Sequence record: NC_024794.1
Source of the DNA: Escherichia phage vB_EcoM_PhAPEC2
Length of the DNA: 64,000 bases
Strand: one strand, 5' to 3'
The notes beneath the pieces were generated by a model, which was given only the letters and a program-made list of their open reading frames with translations, searched no databases and was not told the DNA's origin. A program made the translations under genes and the position numbers. Positions 46,364-55,832 of the stretch are shown one piece after another. Every line of letters starts with the position of its first letter. The stretch's first letter is position 1.

Positions 46364-46833
46364 TTTAAACTCTTTCTAAGCTGCTTTTTGAATGAAGCTA
46401 TTAATTGTGTTTTAGTGTCAGATTCATTATATTTAAATCCTCTTTGAAGCATCTCAGTCATCATTTCCTCTTTACCTAGTCTTGAGAACTCTTTAGTTTT
46501 GTCTGGAACAAAATTAGGATGGATATTATTATCAGAATAATCTTGTTTCAAATAAGCAAGAAGAGCTTCAAGCCATTCTAGGTAGTCGACATCACGGCCT
46601 TTAAGACCAGAACGGTTGAACTTATGCTTCATTTGGCCTTCTGCTGCGTTGCACAGATTACAGAGTAATCCACGAACTCTACCTGCTTTTGGCCCGTTTA
46701 ATTCGTGGTCGTGGTCAAGATGGTTACCTTGAACATCAGGGTCTAATTCACGGTGGCAAATAGGACACTTACCGTTCTGTGCATCATAAAATTTTTGTTT
46801 TTCTTCTTTATATTTTGAGCCTGATAATAACAT
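46360..46833 (-). CDS. 49: endonuclease VII (Holliday junction resolvase)
   Basis: 157 aa; zinc site CPICH...HLDHDH; matches T4 gp49 length. Confidence 0.88.
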   Translation of the reverse strand: MLLSGSKYKEEKQKFYDAQNGKCPICHRELDPDVQGNHLDHDHELNGPKAGRVRGLLCNLCNAAEGQMKHKFNRSGLKGRDVDYLEWLEALLAYLKQDYSDNNIHPNFVPDKTKEFSRLGKEEMMTEMLQRGFKYNESDTKTQLIASFKKQLRKSLK

Positions 46834-46868
46834 GATAAACCCTTACCTTAAATAGATAAGGGTATTTA

Positions 46869-47282
46869 TTAACTTAAACGTCTTTCTAAATATTCAATGT
46901 ATTCTGCGGCTGCTTGCATCAGGTTACCTTCATAGCCGTCGTTATTTTCTTGTCCGGCTAATTTAGCTAATGCATAAGAAATTCGTTCACCTTCGAATTC
47001 ACCAAGTCCACCATCACAAACTACTTGGTCAATTTCTTCGAGTTCATCTATTGAATGGGATTCCCAGAAGCACCAAAGAGAAGTATCACGGTCATAGATG
47101 CAAAGTTTCTCACCTGTGTTCAACATCACTTCGATAATGCCATGGCCGCCATAACCATCTTCAGTAGTAGTACCAATTACCTTGATGATCGTATCTTTCT
47201 TTAATTCAGGAAACTTGAATTGTAGTTCTTCATCTTCTTTAACAATCTTGAACCATTTACCGCGAGTTTCAGAAATATTCAT
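46869..47282 (-). CDS. hypothetical protein (pin position)
   Basis: track ORF 46869..47411; internal Met taken; T4 has pin here. Confidence 0.4.
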   Translation of the reverse strand: MNISETRGKWFKIVKEDEELQFKFPELKKDTIIKVIGTTTEDGYGGHGIIEVMLNTGEKLCIYDRDTSLWCFWESHSIDELEEIDQVVCDGGLGEFEGERISYALAKLAGQENNDGYEGNLMQAAAEYIEYLERRLS

Positions 47283-47283
47283 A

Positions 47284-47481
47284 TCAATATTCTCTATAAA
47301 AGTTACGATGAGAACGTTTAGCTTTGCGAAGCTGTCGTTTAGTAGGACGAACTGTAAATGGTTGTCCGGAGAAAAAATTCGGATCGGTTTTAATAAGCAA
47401 ATACCAATCATGTTTGCCGTTTTTTAATAAACGGTACAATAATTTAACTTGCATAATAATCTCTTCCCATTTCCATATCAA
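47284..47481 (-). CDS. hypothetical basic protein
   Basis: 65-aa ORF. Confidence 0.4.
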   Translation of the reverse strand: MIWKWEEIIMQVKLLYRLLKNGKHDWYLLIKTDPNFFSGQPFTVRPTKRQLRKAKRSHRNFYREY

Positions 47482-47582
47482 TTAATTCATTTATTGAAGG
47501 TTCATCATAACATGGTTCTTCGTCGTTGTAAACTGTTTCGACGTCTGGCTCGACAGTCTCCCATCGAGCAGAATACCACGGT

Positions 47583-47918
47583 TTAACCCCGGAGTTTATT
47601 GAGCTCTTCATAATCAATCCAGGATTCTAGCCCTGACGGCAGGTCACATTCAATGTTCCACAGAAGCTCTTCAATGGCTTGCAGGCGATTATATTCTTCA
47701 ACAGTAATAGTAACCATTGTTTCAGGCTTTTTAACCATCATGTCATTCATCAGAATGTACAGGTCTTCACAAACAGCCGGGTCGTCCCATGTCCATATTT
47801 CAGCATCTCGAACCAATGAAGTCGGAATCGAATTTAAAACTTCAAGCTTAGTAGGAGCGTCAGGACCGAGAAGAGTTGCTACAAATTTATATGCTTTGGT
47901 GAAATCAATATTGTTCAT
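47583..47918 (-). CDS. hypothetical protein
   Basis: 111 aa; ATGA overlap with nrdC. Confidence 0.5.
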   Translation of the reverse strand: MNNIDFTKAYKFVATLLGPDAPTKLEVLNSIPTSLVRDAEIWTWDDPAVCEDLYILMNDMMVKKPETMVTITVEEYNRLQAIEELLWNIECDLPSGLESWIDYEELNKLRG

Positions 47919-48178
47919 TTAAAATATTCTCGCAGTTGGTCAAATCCACCAATGTGACTTCCGTCAGGAGCAAACACTTGAGGCATAGTCAATCCGACTT
48001 GTGATTCACGTCCAAGCTTAACCAGAAGCTCAGCAATTTTCTCATCATCAAACACACCTTTTTCTGGCATAACATTAATGAATTCAAATGGCTGTTTCTT
48101 AACAGTCAGCAATCGTTTTGCATTATCACAATAAATGCATTTATGAATAGTAGAGTCATACCCGTACACTTTAAACAT
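47915..48178 (-). CDS. nrdC: phage thioredoxin/glutaredoxin
   Basis: 87 aa; CIYCDNAKRLL active site; near-identical to remembered T4 NrdC. Confidence 0.85.
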   Translation of the reverse strand: MFKVYGYDSTIHKCIYCDNAKRLLTVKKQPFEFINVMPEKGVFDDEKIAELLVKLGRESQVGLTMPQVFAPDGSHIGGFDQLREYFK

Positions 48179-48585
48179 TATTTTTTCCTTTCATCGATTA
48201 AATACGCAACACCAAATACAATACATGTAATAAAACCTGTGATACCGATAGAGAACATCAACACTGTACCAAAGAACCAAATCAGATTATCTTTAGTAGT
48301 TTGTTTGATATCCATCTCACGAATTTCTATAGCTATCGTATCACCTTTATTCAGAAGCGTATAAAACGACGGTGATACATGCCTGTCAAAAACTCGACCT
48401 TGTTCATCTTTATAAACTGCAATAAATTCCAATTTAGAATATTTTCCTGTAGATTGGCCTGAGATTAATTCTACTACCTCCACAGGAATTACTTTAGTTT
48501 CCATGTAAGTATTCTGGCTGTTCCAAATGAATGGAATAATGGCAAAAACTAAAGCTGCGATAAAACAACGAAGGCTATATCTCAT
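48178..48585 (-). CDS. membrane protein
   Basis: 135 aa; N- and C-terminal hydrophobic helices. Confidence 0.55.
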   Translation of the reverse strand: MRYSLRCFIAALVFAIIPFIWNSQNTYMETKVIPVEVVELISGQSTGKYSKLEFIAVYKDEQGRVFDRHVSPSFYTLLNKGDTIAIEIREMDIKQTTKDNLIWFFGTVLMFSIGITGFITCIVFGVAYLIDERKK

Positions 48586-48890
48586 TATAATGTTCTCTCA
48601 AATTTGTGGAAGCATTTACGGCATTTCAATTTCAAGTTATCAGTGGTCCAGTTAACCAGTTGGACTTGGATAGTTCCACATTCCGGGCATGGATGTTTTG
48701 CTGCCGATTTGGCAGCATTTTCACGTCGTTCAACCATTTTCATTATTTCGTTCCATGCCGGAGGAACGAACTCTTCTTCACCGTGGATTTTATCTCGCTG
48801 AACAAATTCAATCTTTGAACTATCGTCAATAAACTTAACCAAGCCATGACTAGTGCTCATATCAATATCCTCTAAAAGACGTAGTTTCAT
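48585..48890 (-). CDS. zinc-ribbon protein
   Basis: 101 aa; CPECG...CRKC. Confidence 0.55.
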   Translation of the reverse strand: MKLRLLEDIDMSTSHGLVKFIDDSSKIEFVQRDKIHGEEEFVPPAWNEIMKMVERRENAAKSAAKHPCPECGTIQVQLVNWTTDNLKLKCRKCFHKFERTL

Positions 48891-49840
48891 TATAACACCT
48901 CAATGGCATTTCGTAAACCGTCCGCTTTCGCATTCAGAGCTTTTAACGATTTAGTTTGTTCTTTAATCTGGGCTTCGACTTCTTTCAGACGAGATTTGAG
49001 GTACTCACGTTCTTCGCTCAAGTTGTCAACTTTTTCTACTTTAGGTTCTTTAATAGTCTTAAGTTTATACTCGTTAGGGTTCTTCAGCTTAATTCGGGTA
49101 CGAGAACTGAATAACATTGAACCGTTATCTTCGGATTCGTCGAACGTTTCAACAACATCCATAGTCTCTAACAATGTAATAAGTTTATAAGACAACGAAC
49201 GAATAGTTTTGTTGTGCTTATTAATTTCTTCGGCTTTCATAGTACCGAGATTACGTGAGTAGTAATAAGGAACCTGGATATCAATTGACAATGATGCGTT
49301 ACCATTACCAGTTGGTTTGAATACTGCAGTAACCCAATCTTTAACATGAACTTTATTTGTACGGCCATCACCGCCAGTGAATAATTTACGAGAATGTTTA
49401 AAAAGCATATTCACTTGTTTATTGAATTCACAAGCAAATTTATCAGCAAATTTAGTTTCAGGAATGGTAGATAACCAATCAGCCAAATGAGTCTTTTTAA
49501 CATCATTAACAATAGTGAATTCAACCAAATCGGTTTTAGATGTCACAGATTTAATAAAGCTCGGTTTCATAAAGTTTTTAATGTTATCGCGAGCTACAGT
49601 AGAAGATAATAAACGAGAACGTTTGAACCATTGAAGCAGCGTCCCTAGTGAATGAGAATATGCATTTTGAGTATCTTTACAGATATGATTTTCTTGGCCT
49701 GTGTATGTACCAAAATCGCGAAGAATACCACTTACTACATCTCGGTGTGGAACATCAAATCCTAGTGCACCAACAGCGCGCTGGGCACGAACGTTAGCGA
49801 TAAGACCGGCAAAGTATTCAATGTAATGTGAACGTGTCAT
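48890..49840 (-). CDS. hypothetical protein with C-terminal coiled coil
   Basis: 316 aa; own copy of the duplicated promoter cassette upstream. Confidence 0.6.
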   Translation of the reverse strand: MTRSHYIEYFAGLIANVRAQRAVGALGFDVPHRDVVSGILRDFGTYTGQENHICKDTQNAYSHSLGTLLQWFKRSRLLSSTVARDNIKNFMKPSFIKSVTSKTDLVEFTIVNDVKKTHLADWLSTIPETKFADKFACEFNKQVNMLFKHSRKLFTGGDGRTNKVHVKDWVTAVFKPTGNGNASLSIDIQVPYYYSRNLGTMKAEEINKHNKTIRSLSYKLITLLETMDVVETFDESEDNGSMLFSSRTRIKLKNPNEYKLKTIKEPKVEKVDNLSEEREYLKSRLKEVEAQIKEQTKSLKALNAKADGLRNAIEVL

Positions 49841-49864
49841 AATATTTTCCTCTCGTTAAGATAG

Positions 49865-49899
49865 ATTCATTATACTCCAACCATCCTTGGTTGTAAACC
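49865..49899 (-). promoter_or_regulatory. early promoter (duplicated cassette copy 2)
   Basis: minus strand GTTTAC, AACCAAGGATGGTTGGAG, TATAAT; identical to 8900..8936 copy. Confidence 0.55.
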
Positions 49900-49902
49900 G
49901 TT

Positions 49903-50862
49903 TTATGATTTTAATGCATTCATTGCGTTAAAAAGTTTAGAATACTGCAACTGGAGATTCGTTACAACACTTTGAGCATCACGAAGCTTAGCTTGTGCTT
50001 TGTCAAGTTCAACGGACAGTTGGTCTACAGTAGCCTTGATTTGGTTGTAATGATAATCTTCGGCCGGAAGAAGGTCATTAGAAACATTTAGTTTTACTGC
50101 CGACAGTTTGCACACATTTGGCAAACATTTAAACATATCGGGTTGTGCCGGAGAATATGCGCTTAGAACCTCTGCATTACCGACTGGTGTTGCTGTGATA
50201 TTGCCTTCGAACGTTGCATTTTCCTTTTTAAGATTTTGATAGTATTCAGAGTCTTTGTGCCACCATGGCGCAGGAACCTTTTTACCAATAGATACACGAG
50301 CCTGGATAGCGATATGGCCCTTATTCTTGATAATGTCGATAATATTAAGCTCACGAGAATAAATCGCTTTAATCTGGTGGATATTATCACCTAAAACTTC
50401 CAACGCTTGGTGGAATACACGAGCAACGTTATCATTCTTAGGTTTATACGTGAGAGTGAACTCGTTCTCACTGATAACCATGATTTCCAACTTATCGTAA
50501 GTATATTTCAAATGTTTCATGTTAATTGCTTGAGGACGAATACGAGAAGCAATGGCCATCAAATTGTTAAGGTTATTTCTGAACTGTTTAGCAAAATATT
50601 GTCCATAACCGCCAATACAAAAATTACGAAGTTTCTGTTTGGCTAATAAACGGCTGAACTCACCATTTTTAATGAACTCTTTAACGGGTGTGTTAGTAAC
50701 GCATTCAAATTGAGTAAACTTACGAGAAGTAATCCCGTAATATGAACAGATTTCCTCAATCTCTTCAGGAGTCTTTACAGGCATACGGATAGGATTAGGT
50801 CCTGTGGTATATGCGTTCGAGGTAAATTCTTTGATAAGTTCTCTACGTGTAATAGAAGCCAT
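49903..50862 (-). CDS. hypothetical protein with C-terminal coiled coil
   Basis: 319 aa; own copy of the duplicated promoter cassette. Confidence 0.6.
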   Translation of the reverse strand: MASITRRELIKEFTSNAYTTGPNPIRMPVKTPEEIEEICSYYGITSRKFTQFECVTNTPVKEFIKNGEFSRLLAKQKLRNFCIGGYGQYFAKQFRNNLNNLMAIASRIRPQAINMKHLKYTYDKLEIMVISENEFTLTYKPKNDNVARVFHQALEVLGDNIHQIKAIYSRELNIIDIIKNKGHIAIQARVSIGKKVPAPWWHKDSEYYQNLKKENATFEGNITATPVGNAEVLSAYSPAQPDMFKCLPNVCKLSAVKLNVSNDLLPAEDYHYNQIKATVDQLSVELDKAQAKLRDAQSVVTNLQLQYSKLFNAMNALKS

Positions 50863-50884
50863 TTTATATTCCTCATGTTGAAAA

Positions 50885-50919
50885 ATTTATTATACTCCAA
50901 CCATCCTTGGTTGTACATC
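50885..50919 (-). promoter_or_regulatory. early promoter (duplicated cassette copy 3)
   Basis: minus strand TGTACA, ACCAAGGATGGTTGGAG, TATAAT. Confidence 0.55.
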
Positions 50920-51916
50920 ATTCCTTAAGAAGTTTTACTACTTGAATAAGATTAGCTCGTTCTGTTTTATTTTTACCGTTTAAGCCTGCTAATCGTGAGA
51001 TCTCATCGTCAGTCTGTTGAATAGTTACATTAAGTTCGTTAATCAAAGCTTCAAAGTATTTGATTTGCTCAGCATGTTTTGATTCAAATTTCTGAACCGG
51101 AATAACGTCTTGGTTTAGTTCATCAATAAGGTCTTTAAGAGCATCTTCTTGGTTGATATCATATTCAACTTCTTTTATTTCTTCAACGAGCTCGTCTTTA
51201 TATCTAACGTCTTTTAGTCCTGGAGCTGGTCCTGAAATCTCTTCTTTAAGAGTACAAACATACCCAATACGGTATCCAATACCCAGGAACGGCTTGATAT
51301 CAACTTCGTCGATAAATCCACAATGTTTAAGACCAGAGCCGATTAGGTCAAAATATCCTTGACGTCGTCCTTCAAACGTTACACGAACTACTAAGACGGT
51401 TTTACCTGCAACCTTTTGAAGCTCACATTTATAAAAGTCAGTTGAACCTGAATAACGTGGATGAGTTTTAAAGTTCATCTGACGATCTAGGCCCATTTGT
51501 AAACGTGCTGTTACGGCCATAAAACGTGTTTGGTTCTCGTTAAGATGAGCAACAATCCATTTCAAAGGCATTTTACCCTGTTCACGTCCGAACAAATCAG
51601 TACGTCCTAGATTACGCAGGATGTTGTTAGAGTTAATCATCGACAGAACGTTAAGTTTATTCAGCGCGCTGAAGATTCCATCAGCCATTGATTTTCCATA
51701 ACCTTTACACGCTTTAATAAGTGCTCGCGGCAGATTAGTATAGATTTCAGACGGCATATGAAAATCAAATTTTCTAACCAATAATTGATGAACTTGGATA
51801 GCAATTTGCTCATAATTAAGTGCTCTGCGATCGTTATGGTCTTTAAACCACACTTTAATCTGTGAAGCACATAAACCGTTAATTTCATGTTTTATCGCAT
51901 CAGATGTAATGCTCAT
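50918..51916 (-). CDS. hypothetical protein with C-terminal coiled coil
   Basis: 332 aa; degenerate copy of the promoter cassette upstream. Confidence 0.6.
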   Translation of the reverse strand: MSITSDAIKHEINGLCASQIKVWFKDHNDRRALNYEQIAIQVHQLLVRKFDFHMPSEIYTNLPRALIKACKGYGKSMADGIFSALNKLNVLSMINSNNILRNLGRTDLFGREQGKMPLKWIVAHLNENQTRFMAVTARLQMGLDRQMNFKTHPRYSGSTDFYKCELQKVAGKTVLVVRVTFEGRRQGYFDLIGSGLKHCGFIDEVDIKPFLGIGYRIGYVCTLKEEISGPAPGLKDVRYKDELVEEIKEVEYDINQEDALKDLIDELNQDVIPVQKFESKHAEQIKYFEALINELNVTIQQTDDEISRLAGLNGKNKTERANLIQVVKLLKE

Positions 51917-51978
51917 AACTATTTCCTCAGATTGAATTGGAACTCAAAACCATTATAACCCGTCCTTGGGTAAAGCGT

Positions 51979-52506
51979 TTATGCGTGAACCGTCTTTAAA
52001 CGTTCTTCAAATTTCCGAAGAGTACTAATACGTTCTGCTTTCTGTTTTGTATAGTTTGCAATACGTTCTGAAGTGAGAGCGTATCGTTCGTTTACTGTTT
52101 CTTTCATGAAGTCAGGGATTTCACGAGAAGCTTTAATTTCATCAAACTTATCGAGTACTGCCTGGTCTTCAGCGATTAAATTTTCGTACATCTCGATATC
52201 TTTCTTGATAAACTCGATATCTTCCTGGGTTACTTTGGATAAACGAGATGCTTTATCCTTTTTGTACTGCTCGTTAGTTTCACGAGACCAGAATAATGTA
52301 CGTTTTTTGTTGGTGTTTTTGTAGACTTCCACAATTCCAACTGAATCGATGATAACAATCCAATTCCAGCGAGATTTGAAAATCTGACCTCCGTCCACGG
52401 TAATCTCGTTACCATAAGCAACGTCATTAAAGAACTTGCTTTGTGCTTCAGATTTAAATTTACCGTCGTTATAATTTACCAGGTTGAAAATATCTTTAGC
52501 GTTCAT
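51979..52506 (-). CDS. hypothetical protein
   Basis: 175 aa; SD GGAGGT. Confidence 0.55.
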   Translation of the reverse strand: MNAKDIFNLVNYNDGKFKSEAQSKFFNDVAYGNEITVDGGQIFKSRWNWIVIIDSVGIVEVYKNTNKKRTLFWSRETNEQYKKDKASRLSKVTQEDIEFIKKDIEMYENLIAEDQAVLDKFDEIKASREIPDFMKETVNERYALTSERIANYTKQKAERISTLRKFEERLKTVHA

Positions 52507-52514
52507 GTTTTACC

Positions 52515-52558
52515 TCCAGTAGTTGATAGGTCTATAATAACATAACCATAGACCTTGT
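52515..52558 (-). promoter_or_regulatory. early promoter
   Basis: minus strand GTTTAC, 17 nt, TATTAT followed by AGACCTATCAA. Confidence 0.5.
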
Positions 52559-52564
52559 AAACAA

Positions 52565-52852
52565 CTAAAAGAAACTTTTTTCGGTATTTTTTCCACTGAA
52601 CCAAACAGACTTCGGGATTTTTTGTAATTTTTCAGATTTAAGTTTCTCTTCCCGTTCTTTCTTATATACACCCTTGTCGTACTGGAGCATCTCTATGGCA
52701 TTCTTTTGCAAACGATCTAAGGTAATTAAGGCTTTAGTTTTTCCTTTCAAGGAAGAGTCCTGGCGAACTTCCTCGCTATATTGCATCGTAGAACTAACCA
52801 TACGATGAGCATACAGTTCTACTGCGGCTTTAATTTTTTGCATAAAATCCAT
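52565..52852 (-). CDS. hypothetical protein
   Basis: 95 aa; SD AAGAGGA. Confidence 0.5.
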   Translation of the reverse strand: MDFMQKIKAAVELYAHRMVSSTMQYSEEVRQDSSLKGKTKALITLDRLQKNAIEMLQYDKGVYKKEREEKLKSEKLQKIPKSVWFSGKNTEKSFF

Positions 52853-52990
52853 AACATATCCTCTTCGATTTGTACATCATTATTTTTAAATATTTCTATG
52901 CCCTCAGTAAGTTCCTGGTGTCCTTCTTTGAGGTAAGCCATATGATTATTCATCTTTATGGCTTTTGTTACCTCAGAACTTCCTGTAAGC

Positions 52991-53971
52991 TTATTTCAGT
53001 AAAGTTACTTCAGAGATTTCCTCCCAACCATCCTTATCAGTTGAAATAAAATCTGCTACATAAAGAGCCGTACGTAATGATACATTGCGAAGACGAGATA
53101 CGTTAGCCTTCATCCAGGACAATGCTTTGTACGTTTCAGCATCAGTCAAGCCACGTTTCTGCATCATGTCAGTAGATAATATTACATCTTCAACTCGAAC
53201 CATAATCTCTTCATTAGAGTGTACTCCAAGGTCGAGATACACTGAACGAGATACTAAAGCTTGAAGGTGTGGAGCAAGTTTCGAACCGCGTTCTAACTCT
53301 TTATCGATATCAACGTTTGTAATGAAAACGATAGTACCTTCAAACTCAAATTCTTTATCAATACCCTTATCATCGAGATAAGATGACGCAGTGCTCCAAC
53401 AAACTTTGCGTTTATCTCCGGTATCTAATGCTGCTTTAAGAAGGTTCAAGATGTCCATATCTGAGAATACGTCAACGTCGTCGATTAAGAGAACGCTGTC
53501 TGCATCACGGTTGAGCCAAAGTTGTTCGTAAAGGCCAATACCAGAGATTTTACCATTAATGCTTTTGTATTTGATGAAACCGTTATCATTAGCGTTATTA
53601 AGTGCTTTATCCAGAGAATACGTCTTACCAATACCAGCTGCACCTGAAATAATGAGTGAACGAATTTTGCCATCGATAATGCCATTCGTCATCATGTTCA
53701 TTACTTTAAAGCGTTTGTTGATACGAGTTTTCATATCTTCAGTGCTTTCAACAACTGCAACTGGTGACGTCTCAACTCCTTCCATTACGATGTCTGATTT
53801 GAAGACCCATACTCCACGTTCAGAACCATCGATCATAACGAAAATTTTACCATCACCTAAGTGGGAACATTCAGGATTAAGCTTTGCCGGGAACCATGTC
53901 TTTGTGGCAACATAAGAACCAGAGATTTCGTTATTACGATAGATACCTTTTTTGATTTGAACGTTGAACAT
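52991..53971 (-). CDS. P-loop NTPase (Walker A/B)
   Basis: track ORF 52991..53992; SD GGAGAA precedes internal Met; Walker A GAAGIGKTY, Walker B LLIDDVD. Confidence 0.6.
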   Translation of the reverse strand: MFNVQIKKGIYRNNEISGSYVATKTWFPAKLNPECSHLGDGKIFVMIDGSERGVWVFKSDIVMEGVETSPVAVVESTEDMKTRINKRFKVMNMMTNGIIDGKIRSLIISGAAGIGKTYSLDKALNNANDNGFIKYKSINGKISGIGLYEQLWLNRDADSVLLIDDVDVFSDMDILNLLKAALDTGDKRKVCWSTASSYLDDKGIDKEFEFEGTIVFITNVDIDKELERGSKLAPHLQALVSRSVYLDLGVHSNEEIMVRVEDVILSTDMMQKRGLTDAETYKALSWMKANVSRLRNVSLRTALYVADFISTDKDGWEEISEVTLLK

Positions 53972-53995
53972 TTTATTCTCCAATTTACTCATTTT

Positions 53996-54038
53996 GTTTC
54001 GATAGGTCTATAATAACATGTTTAAAGCAAAAGTAAAC
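53996..54038 (-). promoter_or_regulatory. early promoter with embedded MotA-box-like sequence
   Basis: minus strand GTTTAC TTTTGCTTTA AACATGT TATTAT. Confidence 0.5.
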
Positions 54039-54040
54039 AA

Positions 54041-54259
54041 TTATTTGCGACGAGATTTTTTGGTAAGAGGTTTAAAGAACACTGCTTTACCGGCTGGGGT
54101 TAAGGTGACTCGTAATGCATTACCGATTCCTAAGGATGCTTTAACCAAACCTTTAGCTTTCAGTTCACCGAATGCTTGACGTTGGTCTGCATCACGAGTG
54201 TTAACCATAAGACCTTTATCACCTGCTTCACGAATCATTTCTAACATTTTGGTTTTCAT
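54041..54259 (-). CDS. small basic protein
   Basis: track ORF 54041..54316 reads through a promoter; SD AAGAGGAGAA precedes MKTKMLEMIREAG. Confidence 0.5.
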   Translation of the reverse strand: MKTKMLEMIREAGDKGLMVNTRDADQRQAFGELKAKGLVKASLGIGNALRVTLTPAGKAVFFKPLTKKSRRK

Positions 54260-54263
54260 TTTG

Positions 54264-54310
54264 TTCTCCTCTTGTTTTGATAGGTCTATAATAACATATC
54301 CTAAAAACAT
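54264..54310 (-). promoter_or_regulatory. early promoter
   Basis: minus strand GTGTAC, 17 nt, TATTAT, AGACCTATCAA, SD AAGAGGAGAA. Confidence 0.45.
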
Positions 54311-54339
54311 GTACACTACTTTTTAAAAATATTTTTACC

Positions 54340-54363
54340 CCCTAAAGGGCCCGAAGGCCCTTA
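54340..54363 (-). terminator. UUCG hairpin terminator
   Basis: minus strand AAGGGCC-UUCG-GGCCCUU then UUAGGGGGUAAAAAUAUUUUU. Confidence 0.45.
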
Positions 54364-55353
54364 TCATTTATAGTATGAATTGTGGTTTTCTAAATAGACT
54401 TGCTCAAGGAAATCATCCCAGAAACTCATATCTACTTTTTGTTGCATACCGTTCTTAGCGGCTTGTTCCGATGCTTGTTCAACTTGGCCAACGATATCTT
54501 CTAGGAATTCTTGTACAGTTTTAAACGTATGTTTACCAAGCTTAACATCGAGAATAAATGGAGCATCCTGAAGTGGGTAAACAAGGTCACCGGTTTTGTA
54601 AATTTCCAATAGTTGAAGTCCACCACGACATGCATGACTCAATGCTTTCCAGTCAATACCTTCGTTGGCTTCGGCCTTACGAGCACGTTCACCATAGTTC
54701 TCTTCCAGTTTAACCAGGATGGCATTGAACTCTTTATTGGTTAACGTGTCTTGGAATTTACGGTCCAACAGATTATAGAACGTTTGCTTACCCGTTTTCT
54801 CGTTTTCGGTTTCAACCCACGAAGCAAATTCACCTACAGGCAGAACATTCTTCATATGTGATAAACGAATTACTGCACCATTATCAAAGTATTGTCCCCA
54901 TTCATTAGAACGTTTAAGGGCTTGACGAAGAGCAGCCAGTCGAGAACCCTTGACGCCGTATTTAGAAGCTTGCTTACGGACATACCCTAAATAAGATTTC
55001 ATGTTAGTGGTATAGAAACGAGACCTGTTGTCTTGAATATACTTCCACACGTCAGGCAAATCAGATTTAATTACTAGACTTTGTGGAGTGTGAAGCATAT
55101 CTAATGCGACAGTTTCACCATCCGCAGCTAGTTTAAAGAAATATTTGAGACTATATAACTCATGGTCCACGTCGTCTTTTGTGTTCTTAGAAGATGTGTT
55201 ATTCGTGTTCTTGCTCATATGTTCTTTAACGTTACCGGTCAAGATATCACGAGCATGAGGGACATAAATTTCTTTAAAATCGACGTCAGATTCAGGAGTA
55301 GACGTTCCATAAAGGTGGCTACCAAAGTAGCCTTTCATAATTGTTTTCATCAT
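54364..55353 (-). CDS. Pol-beta-superfamily nucleotidyltransferase-fold protein
   Basis: 329 aa; N-terminal GYFGSHLYGTSTPESDVDF fits the G-S-x(n)-D-x-D minimal nucleotidyltransferase signature. Confidence 0.5.
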   Translation of the reverse strand: MMKTIMKGYFGSHLYGTSTPESDVDFKEIYVPHARDILTGNVKEHMSKNTNNTSSKNTKDDVDHELYSLKYFFKLAADGETVALDMLHTPQSLVIKSDLPDVWKYIQDNRSRFYTTNMKSYLGYVRKQASKYGVKGSRLAALRQALKRSNEWGQYFDNGAVIRLSHMKNVLPVGEFASWVETENEKTGKQTFYNLLDRKFQDTLTNKEFNAILVKLEENYGERARKAEANEGIDWKALSHACRGGLQLLEIYKTGDLVYPLQDAPFILDVKLGKHTFKTVQEFLEDIVGQVEQASEQAAKNGMQQKVDMSFWDDFLEQVYLENHNSYYK

Positions 55354-55823
55354 TTAGCCTTATATTCAAGAGTAGGACAGACTTTTTCTTTACGAGCTTT
55401 AAGGTATTCACCTATTAATGATTTCTTACGTTCAATAGGCTCAAGTCCATTTTTAATTCGTTCTTGGTTTTGTGCAATGAGCTCAACTTCTTTATAATAC
55501 TTCCGCTCTCTGTATAAGTCGATTAGCCACGGTATGCCTAATACTAAAACTATAGAAATACCAACACATAATGCAATGAATAAAACACCTACACCAATTG
55601 AGGCCGGAACTAATGTCCATAAACTACTAAAGACAAAGAATTTAGTTAAAATTTCCTGGCCAACGATTGTGGCCGCTGCTAAAATCGCAAATCCAATAAT
55701 CGAAACAAACAATACCGGGAGAAACGTTTTCCAAAAATAAGCACACAACGTTTTCGGTCGATTCCATGTACTATTAAACGCGGCATAAATTTTAAAGTGC
55801 CAAGAGTTTTCATTGATAATCAT
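55350..55823 (-). CDS. membrane protein
   Basis: 157 aa; several hydrophobic helices; ATGA-coupled. Confidence 0.55.
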   Translation of the reverse strand: MIINENSWHFKIYAAFNSTWNRPKTLCAYFWKTFLPVLFVSIIGFAILAAATIVGQEILTKFFVFSSLWTLVPASIGVGVLFIALCVGISIVLVLGIPWLIDLYRERKYYKEVELIAQNQERIKNGLEPIERKKSLIGEYLKARKEKVCPTLEYKAK

Positions 55824-55832
55824 AATAATTCC

